A stretch of DNA of 64,000 nt from Spongospora subterranea f. sp. subterranea (taxonomy: Eukaryota): the NCBI GenBank assembly GCA_049724395.1, contig JAUGWO010000012.1:1-64000 (forward strand), in the 5' to 3' direction. The notes under the pieces are model-generated. The model ran no database searches and was not told the DNA's origin. It was given only the letters and a program-made list of their open reading frames with translations. Position numbers and translations under genes: made by a program. Below are positions 51,600-64,000 of the stretch, piece by piece (position 1 is the first letter of the stretch; each line of letters starts with the position of its first letter).

Positions 51600-52350
51600 A
51601 TCGTTAGGCTTGTTGAAAATCCGCAGTCGTATTTCCGACAATAAACGGGTGGCGCGATCAGCAGTGCAGGTAGGGCACTGGCGAACATGATGTGGACTGA
51701 ACAATGCAAGCATGTGAGTGACCGCATGGACTTCGAGGAAATATCTTCGTGTTTCGGCAGATCAGCAGCACCGTTATTACCGATCTTGTATAGTTGTCGG
51801 AAAACTTGTTACTGTTTCCAGCACGAACCTGCAAAATAGTGTCAGGTCAGTCCGACATTCGATTTTGTCTAACAATCGTCGATTCAGGATCGGCTCGCGA
51901 AGGTTCTTTGGATGGACAGCATTCACAATGGCGATAACTTGCTTACGCTTCAAATCCTCTTGTTGGGAAAATATTTCAATTAGGCCATTCGCTGTGAGAA
52001 TTTGACGACCCTGCGCGAAGATTTCGTGGACACTGCGAGCTGGGTCGTCGTAAACATTGAATCTTAACTCGGCGCTATCTACACTGGCGGCGATTGATAC
52101 GCCAACATGTTTTTTGAGATGGCCTAAAGGTCTTCGTCTAAATTGATGTAAATTCACAGATTCCTTCCTGTCCAAGTCGAAAACAACTATGGTGTATAAA
52201 AGCGAACCTTCAATTGAGTCTCTTACTGGAACGGGAGAAAACGATTATTCTTTCTGAAGGGCATTCATGCGGTCAACGTCGCTCTTATAACGATCCCATT
52301 CGGCCACAAAGGTGATAATTGAAAGCCTGTCATATTGGTCCAGGAACGCT
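51600..52350 (-). mobile_element. Gypsy-like gag remnant
   Basis: DPARSV.EIF.....IL..NGL...F helical gag-like segment and a degenerate CLHC...H...CP zinc knuckle. Confidence 0.45.
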
Positions 52351-52939
52351 GGCTTGGTTAATGATGCATTGAATGTCTCCATGGGCAAAGTTTGAAGCGA
52401 TGGAAGTGATTGCAGTTAATTGAGTAAATCAAATTGCAATGATTGTTTGCTTGAAAGGGTTCAAATTTGATTGAAGTAAAGCAGAGGAGGAGGAGTCGAT
52501 TCGTGGCTACAGTAAACGAGATTAGGAGCGGAAGAAGAGTGATTGTATTGAGGAACATTGGTGTCCAAGTACAAGAGTAAATAGCATTTGACTAGAAGCT
52601 TGTAGTTGCTAATAATATCATTATCAAATTAAATTCACAGATGATATCGTGCTCAAGACCAGCATATTAGGAAGAATGTATGAAGACAATACGTATACGC
52701 TAGATCGACCGGAAGGATCATATCAAGGACGGTAGGACAGGGGTAAAAGGGTTCATAGTTTAATACTCTCCTTCGTTTTGATCCCTTTAAGAGTAGTTGT
52801 TACATCTGCATAATGGTGATCTGTTATTTAAATGGCGCGATTCGATTATCGCACGAAAAGTATAATATGACTAGTCGTTCAGCGCTTTAAACAGGAAAAC
52901 TGCAAACCAGTCACCACACCACAGCAATTTCTGATCCAA

Positions 52940-53500
52940 ACGAGGACGAGGAGATCACCGATAAGTATCCTATTTGTGAAATCATTGCAAGTTTATCATT
53001 GCAAACGGAACACGTCCCGATATTGCATTTGCAGTTAAGCGGCTCACAGAATCCTCAAATACCTGAACACGACTCCGAATGACGGCTTAGTGTTTAAGGG
53101 GAGCTCAGCTGATATCACAGGATAAGCCGATACAAATTATGCAATGGACAATATTGATCGACGATCCACCACAGGATATACTGATCGCTGTGGGAGGCAA
53201 TGCCGTTATATGGAGGTCGCGAAAGCAACATTCAGTTGCACTCTCAACGACCAAAGCGGAGTACATGGCCGCTAGCGACGCTATTAGAGAAATCATCTGG
53301 ATACGCGATTTGTTGATAGAGTTAAGACAACTCGAACATTCGACGATGACGCCATTATACCAAGATAATCAAGGCGCTTTTTTTCTCGAAAATAACAACT
53401 GCTCGAATCAACATTCCAAGCACATTGACGTACGTTATCACTTCATACAGTACTTGAAAAAGCGCAACAAAAGGAGATTGACATCATCATTTGCCCTACC
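52940..53500 (+). mobile_element. Copia RT end / RNase H remnant
   Basis: RPDIAFAV; WRSRKQHSVALSTTKAEYMA; LYQDNQGA; SKHIDVRYHFI. Confidence 0.9.
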
Positions 53501-53854
53501 GTATTCTTTGGGCATCTTTACCCACCAAACCCTAATCTCCGTGAAGCCTCGACGGCTACGCAATGTAAAATACAATAAATCTCCAACTGGGAAACTTGTA
53601 GGGTATCCGATACCCTATCCAAAACAGAATATCGGGAACTGTACGTACATAGCGCCAATAATGATGTCATTGGTTGGCACCCAAGGAATACGGTCCTGGT
53701 GTTGTCCCATTCCAGGAACATGTAATGACCACAGTGCCCAATACCCTCTCACGACTGCAGAAAACAAATTCATATCAGGCCATAGGACAGAAACGGAACA
53801 CCGGGACCGGTCAATGTACGTTGAATACATAACTTTCTGTTTTATTTCAGTCAC

Positions 53855-54594
53855 TTGACATTTTAATTCAATTCTAGGCACCTTACGTGATAGCAGGGTT
53901 GTCCTGCAACGGCCAACTATCACACAAATATTAGAGGGGATGCAGAAGAAGTTCCCAGGTGTTAAGATATCCCACTTATTGTATGGGTCGGTGTCACCGT
54001 CCGGCGACACCGGCGATGTGGTGAGGTACCACTGGCCCCCTAGTCCAACGAAACCTGAGGAAGAGGCGGATCGGAAGCAATCTGACATCCAGAAACTCGT
54101 ACACAGAGATGATTGCGGATATATTCACAAAACCCATAGGTGAACTTGTGTTCAAGCGTTTGAAGCAATCATTATGCAGATATAACAACGTGAAAGGGAT
54201 CAAAGCGAAGGGGAGTATCAAACTATGAATGCCTTTACAGGATCCCTTTAGTGCAGTTGTCACCTTTGCGTAATGATTGCTTCAAAACACTTAAACACAG
54301 GTTCACCTATGAGTTTTGGGAATATATCCGCAATCATCTCTGTGTACAAGTTTCTGGATGTCAGATTGTTTCCGATCTGCCTCTTCCTTGCAGGTTTCGC
54401 TGGACTAGGAGGCCAGTGGTATCTCACCACATCGTCGGTGTCACCGTCCGGCGACACCGACCCATATACTAATTGGGAAATATTGATACCCGGAAATTTT
54501 TTATGTGTCCCCTTTTGATATCTGTGTAATAGTTGGCCGTTGCAGGACAACCCTGCTATCACGCAAGGTGCCTGGAGTTGAATAATAATGTCAA
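53855..54594. mobile_element. Copia RNase H end, PPT and LTR start, duplicated as an inverted repeat
   Basis: 53855-54180 vs 54263-54594 are inverted and diverged (VRYHW, EMIADIFTKP). PPT-like GAAGGGGAG lies at ~54207. A related minus-strand piece is at ~52740-52810. Confidence 0.85.
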
Positions 54595-57101
54595 CACAGC
54601 TCACGAATCATCCAGAATCTAATAAAAGGGATGTGTTTCGGTCCAAATTCAACTGTAAAGCCCGTCAAGAGACTCCTAAACCACATCAAGATATACACTC
54701 CACAACTTGAAATATCGTTTTGCGGATTTGCTAAAACTTTCGACGACCCCGCGGTCGATCTCTGCGAACAGATGCCTCAAATAGCGGTCGAATATCTTGG
54801 CTGTGCGACTGAGGTTTCTTCTAAGACCCAAAGGGTCGTACAATAAAACCTGTCGACCGAATACTCCAACCCAGTGTGCATTGTCAAGCTAAGTTGGATT
54901 CGTCAAACCCATACCAATAATGACAATAATGCCTAACCTGCTATGAATTCGATAGCTTTCCAATGCAACAGAGTACTGTTTGTTAGGTTTGATGGCTTCA
55001 TTAATCAAACAATTCATGACACCTGACAACCAGATATTGTGGTAACAAACTTGACGTTTGCGAAATACTTTCCGTTTGGCAGTTAACAAAAACAAAGGAG
55101 TAATAACTTCAGAAGACGTTGGTTCCGAAGCCGCAATAGTCTCCAGCAATCGAAAGACTTTCTCAAGGGAATCAGACGACAAGCATTTTTGGTGCATCAA
55201 TGAAATGCCTGATGCATTCTCAGGACCAAAAAGTTAAAAACCCTCAGAAAAATACCTGATGAAGCACCTTCCTTTTCCACGATGGCGTCTAGATTTAATA
55301 CGGCCTGGCGTTTTGAACGACAATTCGCCGTTGCTTTGCAGATAATGGGGGTCGGATCGCCATCAGACGCCTCTTGCTCTTGCGTATCGTGCTCTTCCAC
55401 TTCGTCCGCGTCTATCGTGACCGATTCTACAACTGGATCATTATTGGTATAATCTGAGTTCATTTCCAGTTCATATCGGACGATATTAAGCATCGCGCAC
55501 AGCAGGTTACATTCGTGCTCTTGAAAAAATGCACACGATCGAACCCCTGTCGACATTTCCCATGCCAAACAAGTTATCATCAACGGACATAGTCACGAGT
55601 TTAGGAGTAAACTGCCCGCCGGCATCTTGCACATTAAGAGCCATTGGGCAGCGGTCGGAGTGCACGTAGGTAAACATGAGCGAACGCGGTCGCGATTAGG
55701 CGATCGGTTTTCACTCGTTGACTCGTCTTTGGCGTAATGGCAGCAATGGCGCCCCGATTACCGACTCAACAAACTTGTGTCGAATCTGGCGCTCGATTTG
55801 CCAAAAAAAAAACGCTGATTTGACCATGCGACGCAGTTAAGAATTGCCGTCATTAAGGGGAAGATCAATCGCGTCTGGCAAAAGTTCCAGTACCACTAAA
55901 TCTGAAAATTTGACGTGAAATCTGGTGTCGTTAATAGACTTGTTGAAGATTCCAGATGCGTGTGCACAGAACGACAACTGCTGAACATTTCTTGTGTGAA
56001 TCTGGAGCTTATCGTGTTTGCGCAGCCGCATCTTTTCGAAGATGACCACGTCTTCACCAAATGAAGGTCGAAACAGGGAGTCCTTGGACCCAACTCTGAG
56101 TGCATCATCTTGGACAGCCTCTTCCATATTGGGAAATCGACCATTCCGTGCAATGTAGCAGTCGCTGTGTCAAATTGCCGCTTTCGAAAACGTGTAAATT
56201 CGACACGGCCATGCTAGCGGTGCTGGCATCAGCTTTCGTTGCATCATACATCTCTTGAAACGATCGGCCATGAAGATCACCAAAGACACCGGCCGCTGTT
56301 GACAACCTGCCTGTGCGAACTGGTGGAACATCGGCGGAACAAATCTCCTGCACCACTGTGCGGCCCAGATCGCACAAGGGCATATCATTGACAAAATCAT
56401 CAGACCTCGTCAGGTCCAACGTCGGCGAAACAACCTCATTGTCAAATTGGTCATGGCGAATCAATCACAGTTGCTTCTTCGACTTGGAACTGGATAAGTT
56501 GAAAGGAAAGTCTTCGAACTTGGTACCAGCTTTAATCAAAGCGCCGTCTCTCCAAGCTGGATAAGGAAATAGAGCCTGCGCCAACTCGGCAACAACCCAA
56601 TCATACGATTAGGATCTCAAAAACACGACGTTGACGGCGGGAATCTTGTCGAGCTTGACCGGCCAGCGCGATTCTTCATCGTACTCGTACGGGACGGCCA
56701 TCACATTTACCTTTGGAGTAGGTTTCGACGCTGGGGGCGCACCTCAGCGTGTGTTGGCCCTGGAACGACCCACTTCTACGTTTGTTTGCTTCATCTCTTC
56801 ATTGGCCTGCTGTACTGTCTGTCGGACGGCAGCCAAATTGCTGGGGCTTGAATGGCGCAAGCACCTTGAGGCATTCCGCTATTGACGCAAAACATCGTCC
56901 AAAGAAATTTCTAACTGCTACAAAAATGTCAAATGGCGAGAAAATGATATCAAATGGCGCGGAATTGCGGTACAGGTTTAGTGGGACTGTCCAACTGAAT
57001 CGATGAAGGCAGATATATTGACAAAAGCGCTACCAGCGAAACCGTTTATTCATCACCGAGACGCACTTTAGAACACGGTTCCACATGAAGGGGATGATCC
57101 A

Positions 57102-60030
57102 AAGGAAGTGATTTATTTAGGATCGAAAAGGACCACAAAGTACAGTCGGTACATGGTGATACATGATTATAATCTAACATGCCCCTTCATTATGGAACCC
57201 GTGTTGTAAAGTGCGTCTCGGTGATGAATAAACGGTTTCGCTGGTAGCGCTTTTGTCAATACTATCTTGCCTTCATCGATTCAGTTGGACGGTACTTGAT
57301 ACGTCCACCTGTCTAATAAAGTTTTTGCGACTGGGCGGGCTTTATGCGTAATGTCGCCGGTGTAGGATCTTTCTTGTATGTGAAGATCCAGCGTCCCTTG
57401 ATTGCTTTAGTGCCAGGGGGAACCTGAGTTAATGTCCAGGTTTCGTTATCTTTGTGAGATTTCATCTCGTCAAGTGCAGCGTGATGCCATGCGTTTGCCT
57501 CAGGGTGCTGCATTGCCTCGGAATAAGTGTCTGGGCATTTGGTCGCCGCGTTATTGGCTTCATATTCGTTAACAATTGCCATTGGATCAGGGTCCTCTTG
57601 GATTTCGGCTTGTCGATCTTCTCTGCGAATTGTAGTCTCGTCAAATATTACGTCGCCATTGATTATGATCTTTTTGTCGTCATATCTTTCCAGAATATAT
57701 CCCTTCTGGTATTGTGCATATCCGAGTAGTGTGCATTTCACTGAAGTTGGTTCTAAGGATGATCGTAATGATTTCTCGATGTTGACGTATGCGATGCATC
57801 CGAAGGGTCGCATGTAGCTGACGTCTGGTTTACGTTTGAACCAGATCTGATATGGCGTCTCCCATGATATTTCTTTGGTCGGCAGTCTATTCAGTGTGTA
57901 TACAGCATATCGTACTGCGAATGGCCAATATTCGTTCGGTAGGTTTGATGCGATTAGGAGGCACCTCGCCATTGACATGATTGTTAGGTTCTGTCGCTCT
58001 GCGAAGCCGTTTTGCTGTGGGCTGTGCGGGACCGTCCTTTGGTGCTTTTATGTTTTCTGTAGGTTGAAGGTTTCCATTTGACTATTAACATATTCAGCAC
58101 CATTGTCAGTGAGGAAGGATGTCATCCTTAGGTTTGTTTCCGCTTGTGCATCTGTGATAAAACGTTTCAGCGCGTCGAGAACCTCGTCAGCTTTTTTGTG
58201 TTTGAGAAATGTTAGCCAGCACCATTTTGAGTATAAGCAGTTGAATGTTAGGTAATATCTATATCCCTCCTTGCTTGGTGTTAGCATTGGTCCTTCTAGG
58301 TCGGATGAGATAATTTCAAATTCTCGTCGGGGCTTCGATTTGCGTTCGCTTGGAAACGGTTGGGTCTCCGGGATTTTCCTTGTGCACATTCGTTGCAGAA
58401 AGCTCTCTCCTTATTTGTGATGGTTATTCCATCCGTTGTTTCTGTAATGTGCTTCAGGCGTTCGTCTGATGCATGCCCGAACCGCTTGTTTGCCAGGTCC
58501 AGTGCGATGCTGGAGTATGTGCTGATCTGTTGGGTGTCGTCGATGAAGTGTAGTCCGTTTTTCTTTTGAGCTGTTATGATGGTTTCGCCCTGTGAATTCA
58601 TGACAAACAATTTGTCCTTGATGACCACTGTCAGCCCTAGGTCTGTAATGGATCTACCGTCGCAATTAGGTTTTTTGTAATCTGTGGCACAAATAACACG
58701 TTGTTGATTACAATGCTTGGGTTGCCATTTAACCTCAATTTGCCCTTCCCGTATGCAGGTGACGTTTTTCCGTTGCTGCTCACGATCTGGAGTGGTTTTC
58801 CCAGTTTCTCATCATCGTGAAGGATATTCTTGTTATTCGTCATACTTGCGTTCGCACCGCTGTCGATTAGATATCCGTGTTGCGGTGTGTCTTTCGTCGT
58901 CTCAGTATGATATCCAGTGAATGATGCGTCGACGTCACCTTAGTTTGTTGTTTCAGGAAAGCGCTGTTGGACGTCATTTGTCCATTTCGTCGTTGTTGTT
59001 CGTTCTTGCTCCGTAGTTCCGGATGTAGTACCCAACACTCTTCGTTCGTATGCGTTGAACGGTTGCATCTGGTGCAATGTTTCGTCGACCTCTTGAATCC
59101 GCGGTTTTTGTTGGTCTGTCTGTATTCTGTATGCAAGTTTTTCAGTTCAGGTTCGGTCACCTTTATGGCGCTTCCTTCGCGAGCTGCAGTCATCAGTAGG
59201 TTGGTTAGTCGCGGTATTGTAGATACTTGCGATGCTCGTGCTGCAGTCTTGATTTGGTTATATGTTTCGGGGAGTCTGTCGAGTGCCTTTGTACAGATGG
59301 CCAGCTCGGTCAGCTGTATGTCATATACTCTCAGATCGTGGTACAGTTCGATGATCTTGTCAAGGTACTATTTCATTGATTGTGTTGGTAGCTTCTTGTG
59401 GTGGATGAATTGCATGAATAAATTATCGGCCTTCGCTGCAGCAGTTTGTTCGTATATCTCCTTCAGTCGTGTCCATATTTCAACTGTCGTTTTACATGTA
59501 GATACTTGCTTGTATTGAGCTTGTGGAAGCCGAAGGTGTATTTGTGCTGATGCCAACTTGTCATTTCGCACTTCGTGTCTCATGTTTGAATTAGGCGGGT
59601 GATTTAAGTATGTGTCTATACCCATGATTATGAACTGTAGTTCAAGTTTCCGCTTAAATTCATCCCAGTTGTTTCCAGTGAAGTCTGGGATCAGTTTCAG
59701 GCCCGAGTTGTAGTTAGATAAGTTTACCTCATCTTGTAGTGTGTGTTCCGTCCTTGTGTGGACATTTTCGCCATCACCTTGTTCGGTGTGTTGATCGGGG
59801 TTATTGTCTTGTGCGACATTTCGATCGTTGTCAGCGCCTGGTTCGGCGTTGTCTTGGCTGCTTCTCGTCATCACCATTTGCTATGCGTAGTTATGTAAGC
59901 TGATGGGACTCTTAATCTCTCAGATGGTGACGAGATAGATGACCACAGAAGAGGAAGTGATTTATTTAGTATCGAAAGGACCATAAAGTACAGTCGGTAC
60001 ATGGTGATACATGATGATTATAATCTAACA
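57102..60030 (-). mobile_element. Ty1/Copia LTR retrotransposon lacking most of RT/RNase H
   Basis: 5' LTR 59918-60030, PBS-like GATTAAGAGTCCCA, gag from 59877, knuckle CTRCNRSTHTNEEC, protease YLIDSGA, integrase (SDLEGP, TDNGAEY, PQQNG.AER, PFGC), RT start, ADILTKAL-like end, PPT GAAGGGGCA and partial 3' LTR 57102-57179. Confidence 0.93.
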
Positions 60031-60041
60031 GGTATCAATTT

Positions 60042-60114
60042 GTCCGAATGGTGTAGGGGTTATCACACGTGTCTAACACACACGAGGTCGCCAGTTCGAG
60101 ACTGGCTTTGGACA
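60042..60114 (+). tRNA. trnV-AAC: tRNA-Val (AAC)
   Basis: Identical copy followed by a T-run. Confidence 0.97.
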
Positions 60115-60269
60115 ATTTTTGTTTTGCAGAATTCCGATCTAAACTCATCAACCTCAAGCAAATTGTTTGTTGTTTTTTTATGTCGCGACATCAAGTGTTC
60201 CTGATCCTTGCATCAATCAAATACACCACGTTTGTACACAATTATTTGAGATGATTTTGGTATCAATCA

Positions 60270-60342
60270 GTCCGAATGGTGTAGGGGTTATCACACGTGT
60301 CTAACACACACGAGGTCGCCAGTTCGAGACTGGCTTTGGACA
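60270..60342 (+). tRNA. trnV-AAC: tRNA-Val (AAC)
   Basis: Identical copy, 228 bp after the previous one. Confidence 0.97.
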
Positions 60343-61599
60343 AGTTTCTCTTTTTGATGGGGATAACTATGATGTTTTGTTCATAACTCATGACCCTCGT
60401 CCACTTTTTGATCCGTGTGTTTGATTCCTGCAACAATCACTCAAGATAGCCACCGTGATCCTGCCATGGCAGTCGTCAGAAAGACTCACTACACTTCTCA
60501 ACTTCCGGACCCGGGTCCCGTTGGTGTCAGCAAATCTTTCGGAATCGCCTCCTCTGTGATTCCGTTTCTGACCCCGATGCACTGATTTCTGTTCCAGTTG
60601 GCGTCAACAACAGATTTTTTCCTCAAAACCGCTTCCTCTGTTATTTTTCGTGATTCCATTTCTGATGTGATTGTCTTAGCATTCCCGTAATAACTCCTTT
60701 ATATAATCTTGTTGAATTGCAAATGACCGAAGTGCATCCTCAATGGTGGCATTGGTTCAGCTGTCCCACCCAATTCCAAAATATGTCGCATGTCTTGATT
60801 GCCAGAAAATCCACATGACGACATTGGAACTATTGGTCAATGTCCATCCCTTTCCTCGCTGTAGCTCTACACCATTTGCAGGCTGGGTTATATCACATGT
60901 CAAAGTACTCTGCCCCCAAGACGGATGACCTATTTCGGGCTGGTTTAAGATTAGCAGTACCCATATTGTCCATCAAAGGACCGAGAACGAGGGATAGACT
61001 GACGTGCTTGTACCGCCCTGCGCTATTGAAGCATGTTTTCCAAAGTCTCATGAGGGTAATGGATCCCAACCGATCTTTTGTACGAAGTACTGTACATCTC
61101 GCTCTGGCAAAAACGAGCCCGCTGTCGTCAATGTACATCATCAATTCAGATTGCCTTGGCCAGTGCATTCATGCGAGCAGCGGATCCTTGTTTGATGACT
61201 GATTTGGCGCCATTGTTGTCCAAAAGCGTTTGGAATTTGCCGAGTCGCAATGGCGTCATTGAGAACTTTTGAGTTACGCAGAGACCCAACGAGTTGTGAA
61301 AGTGTGTGTAGAACTGTCAGGCGAGGAAATGCGAAGGTTCCCCACTTTCACTGAGGGTCATTCAATGTGCCGATATCCAGTACAAACGAAACGACCGACA
61401 CTTACCGCTGCGCCACAAAAGTCTTGTCCTCAACACGATTTCAGAAATTGTTCTGACAGGATAACATATGTTATCGTGGTTATGAATCCTTTCAGACGAT
61501 AAGGTAAATCCTGTTCTGAAAATTAGTTTTAATCCAAACTGATAAAAAATTTCATATTGATCTAATCAGTGATATATCGATGCTTGACAACGATAACCG

Positions 61600-64000
61600 T
61601 CAAAACAGCGTGTTTAGCGTTGCTCGCCGTCAATTTTGTTTTTGTGATTGAGTTCGCATTTTTCATGCAGGTTTGCCGTTCCCTTGGCTATCGGGCCAAG
61701 ATTCACTTTTTAGGCTCTCGCCTCTAAAGCTCCTCCCAGTAGCAAGCTCGCACTTGCAATAGATACCTTCTCGCCGTCAATTCGCGAATGTCTAATTCTA
61801 GAGAAAAGCAACATTCCGACAGAATTAATATCCATAATTGATTAACTGTTATATATTAATGAGTCAAGATGTTGGTGTGGGTGGACTAAATGGAGGTATA
61901 AGCGCTGCTAGGGCCAATTTCAAGGCCGTTGACTGGCGAATATCAATGTTAAATACGATCCTGCCGATGTCGACGTCAGCTCGGGCAAGGTCCGAGGATA
62001 GCGTCGCCTGAGCATTGAACGGCTCCAAAATCGTGAGGTCGTTATGGTCGATGATCGCCAGTCCGGTCATGGATAAAGATAGCGGATCGAGAGCGATGGC
62101 CGGTAAATGAAAATATATTGTCGGACTCGACCGATAGCCGAAGAGCTCGGGAAGACGCCTGATATGAAATACGTCTTGCAGTGGGACGCAAATTACGATC
62201 GGCGATATCTTCACGTTAATTCTCTTAATTTGAAAACGATTCCCACTAGATTCGACTCTGTTTGATAGCGGAGCGACGATCATGTTGCTATCGTCAAAAT
62301 TTAGAACATTGAAGGGGGAAACCGCAATCCAGAACAAGTACCGCACCTGTAGATTGTGACAATATAAAGCATATCGAAAAATATGGCGTCCCACGTAATT
62401 TTCAATTCCGACGCCTCAACCTGGGAAACATTGTCAGCAATACTAACAGGATTGGCCTCAAAGTTTTGGACCATAACGTGTTGCGATGTGGTAAACGAGA
62501 AATTGAGACACGGGGTCCTGGAAGTGGTGATAAGATCGCGCTTTTGGCCCTTTCTCGCAATAGAACACGATAGTTGATAGATCGAGGCCGAAATCGTAGA
62601 AGGACTTGTGCCAGAAAGATCCAGCCTCCTTATACAAAACGACAATGTGGAGTTGGATAACATTGCATCATACGACATGATGGACCGTGTTGGGCGCATA
62701 TTTATTAGGGCAGAACGAAGGAGAATCGGGGGCAGAAAAACCTCGCAAGCCCCTATATCGAAGAACGCAAATTAGAGAACCAAACAACGGCGGCAAATCA
62801 GCAAAAGAAAGAAGCGGATCATGATTTGGACAATATTACCAGCGGAGGCGGCAAAAATCAGCGTTAAAATATAGAGGAACTGAAGGGAGAACGCGGCCAT
62901 GATGCTGTCAACGGCAATGGAAAATGTTGAAAAATCATGAGCTGATACGGAAACGTCGATATCGTCAACGCTCGCGATAATCAAATCCGTAGCAGAGTCA
63001 ATATACCGGTGCCGTTCGAGCACAAGTTGATGAGCCTTTCCACAGACTCCTGAACACGATAGCGTCGATGTAGCTTGTAATCCATATCTCAGCGACAAGT
63101 TCATTAGCTACAAATTCATAAATTATATATACGGAGCACAAGCAGCGGTTTTACCTGGATTGATACTGCGTTCATGTCGCTATGAAAATCGTCCCGTTTC
63201 CATTCTGATGCGTCGTCTAGTTTCACGCAGGTGAACAATCTCCCGATGAAAACATCGCAGCTGTCGATGATCGGTTTGGCGGTGGCCATTCCTTCAAGCG
63301 CTTTTTCTTCTCGGTCAAGAACAATAGAGAACTTCGACAGCTCGGTGAGGAACGTTGCAGAAGACGATGCCTTCAAATTGGCTAAGAAAACAGCCGAGTT
63401 GATATATAGGCAGGATCTGATATTATCAACCGATTTCGTCAAACGATATGAAATTCCAACATCTCCGTCCAGGGCGTAACTATCAATATTTTGATATTGA
63501 CAGGTCAAACCACTTTGCTCAACGGCGACCATATAAGATTTCCATTGATCGGAAGTGTCGATCAGATCCCCGATAAATGGCATGTATTCAACCGAGTCGG
63601 CATCGGAAGAGACTACCATTGTGGGAAGCAACGTCGCCTGATTAACCAGTGTTATCGAGCGAATATGCAGCGCTAATTGCTGCTGTAACAGTGCATGCGA
63701 CACAGCAACTGCTAAACCACGAAAGCTAAATGCAGCAAAGATGTGCGAGTTGTTGGATAGCTGGAGGGTTAACGTTGGAACGTGAAAAGTGAATACGACA
63801 GTCCCGGATGGCGCTGAGCTACCTAAACAGAGGTTAAAAATTGATGGTGTTGAACGTAAAAGAGCAAAACAAAGACCAATATCGACAAAGTTCGAATCGT
63901 CAGGCACAGGCCCAGCTAATATATCCCACGCCCATGATCCCCAAGAATTTCTGGATACAGTCGTGGGTTGATGGGTTGGGGTAGACAATGTTCTGAGATT
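61600..64000 (-). CDS. VPS13-like bridge lipid-transfer protein, partial (5' end outside the window), spliced
   Basis: Consecutive long beta-rich minus-strand ORFs separated by short intron-like gaps. WGSWAW resembles the VPS13B GWVSWAW segment. The 3' end is uncertain. Confidence 0.5.

Noticed and set aside
54880..56900. Scattered minus-strand ORF fragments
   Set aside because: No recognisable motif and no consistent splice model.

Overview
Eukaryotic genomic DNA, mid-GC, with short GT-AG introns. Gene and transposon style suggests a protist, possibly a plasmodiophorid or oomycete-like parasite (inference only). Most of the window is a transposon graveyard: two PIF/Harbinger loci, a LINE-like remnant with OTU and APE domains, and many Copia, Gypsy and Mutator fragments. 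Host genes lie in compact islands: signal peptide peptidase, TEY-type MAPK, SDR, a double cytochrome-b5 protein, an ABCA transporter, a partial VPS13-like gene and a small secreted Cys-containing protein. There are four identical tRNA-Val(AAC) genes. Two patterns stand out. (1) At least seven local fold-back inverted duplications of different ages occur, six clearly inside TE sequence and none in host genes. (2) Two different Copia elements have their 5' LTR 11 and 20 bp upstream of a tRNA-Val gene in the same divergent orientation, suggesting tRNA-gene-targeted integration. All calls are by eye from motifs; no searches were run.
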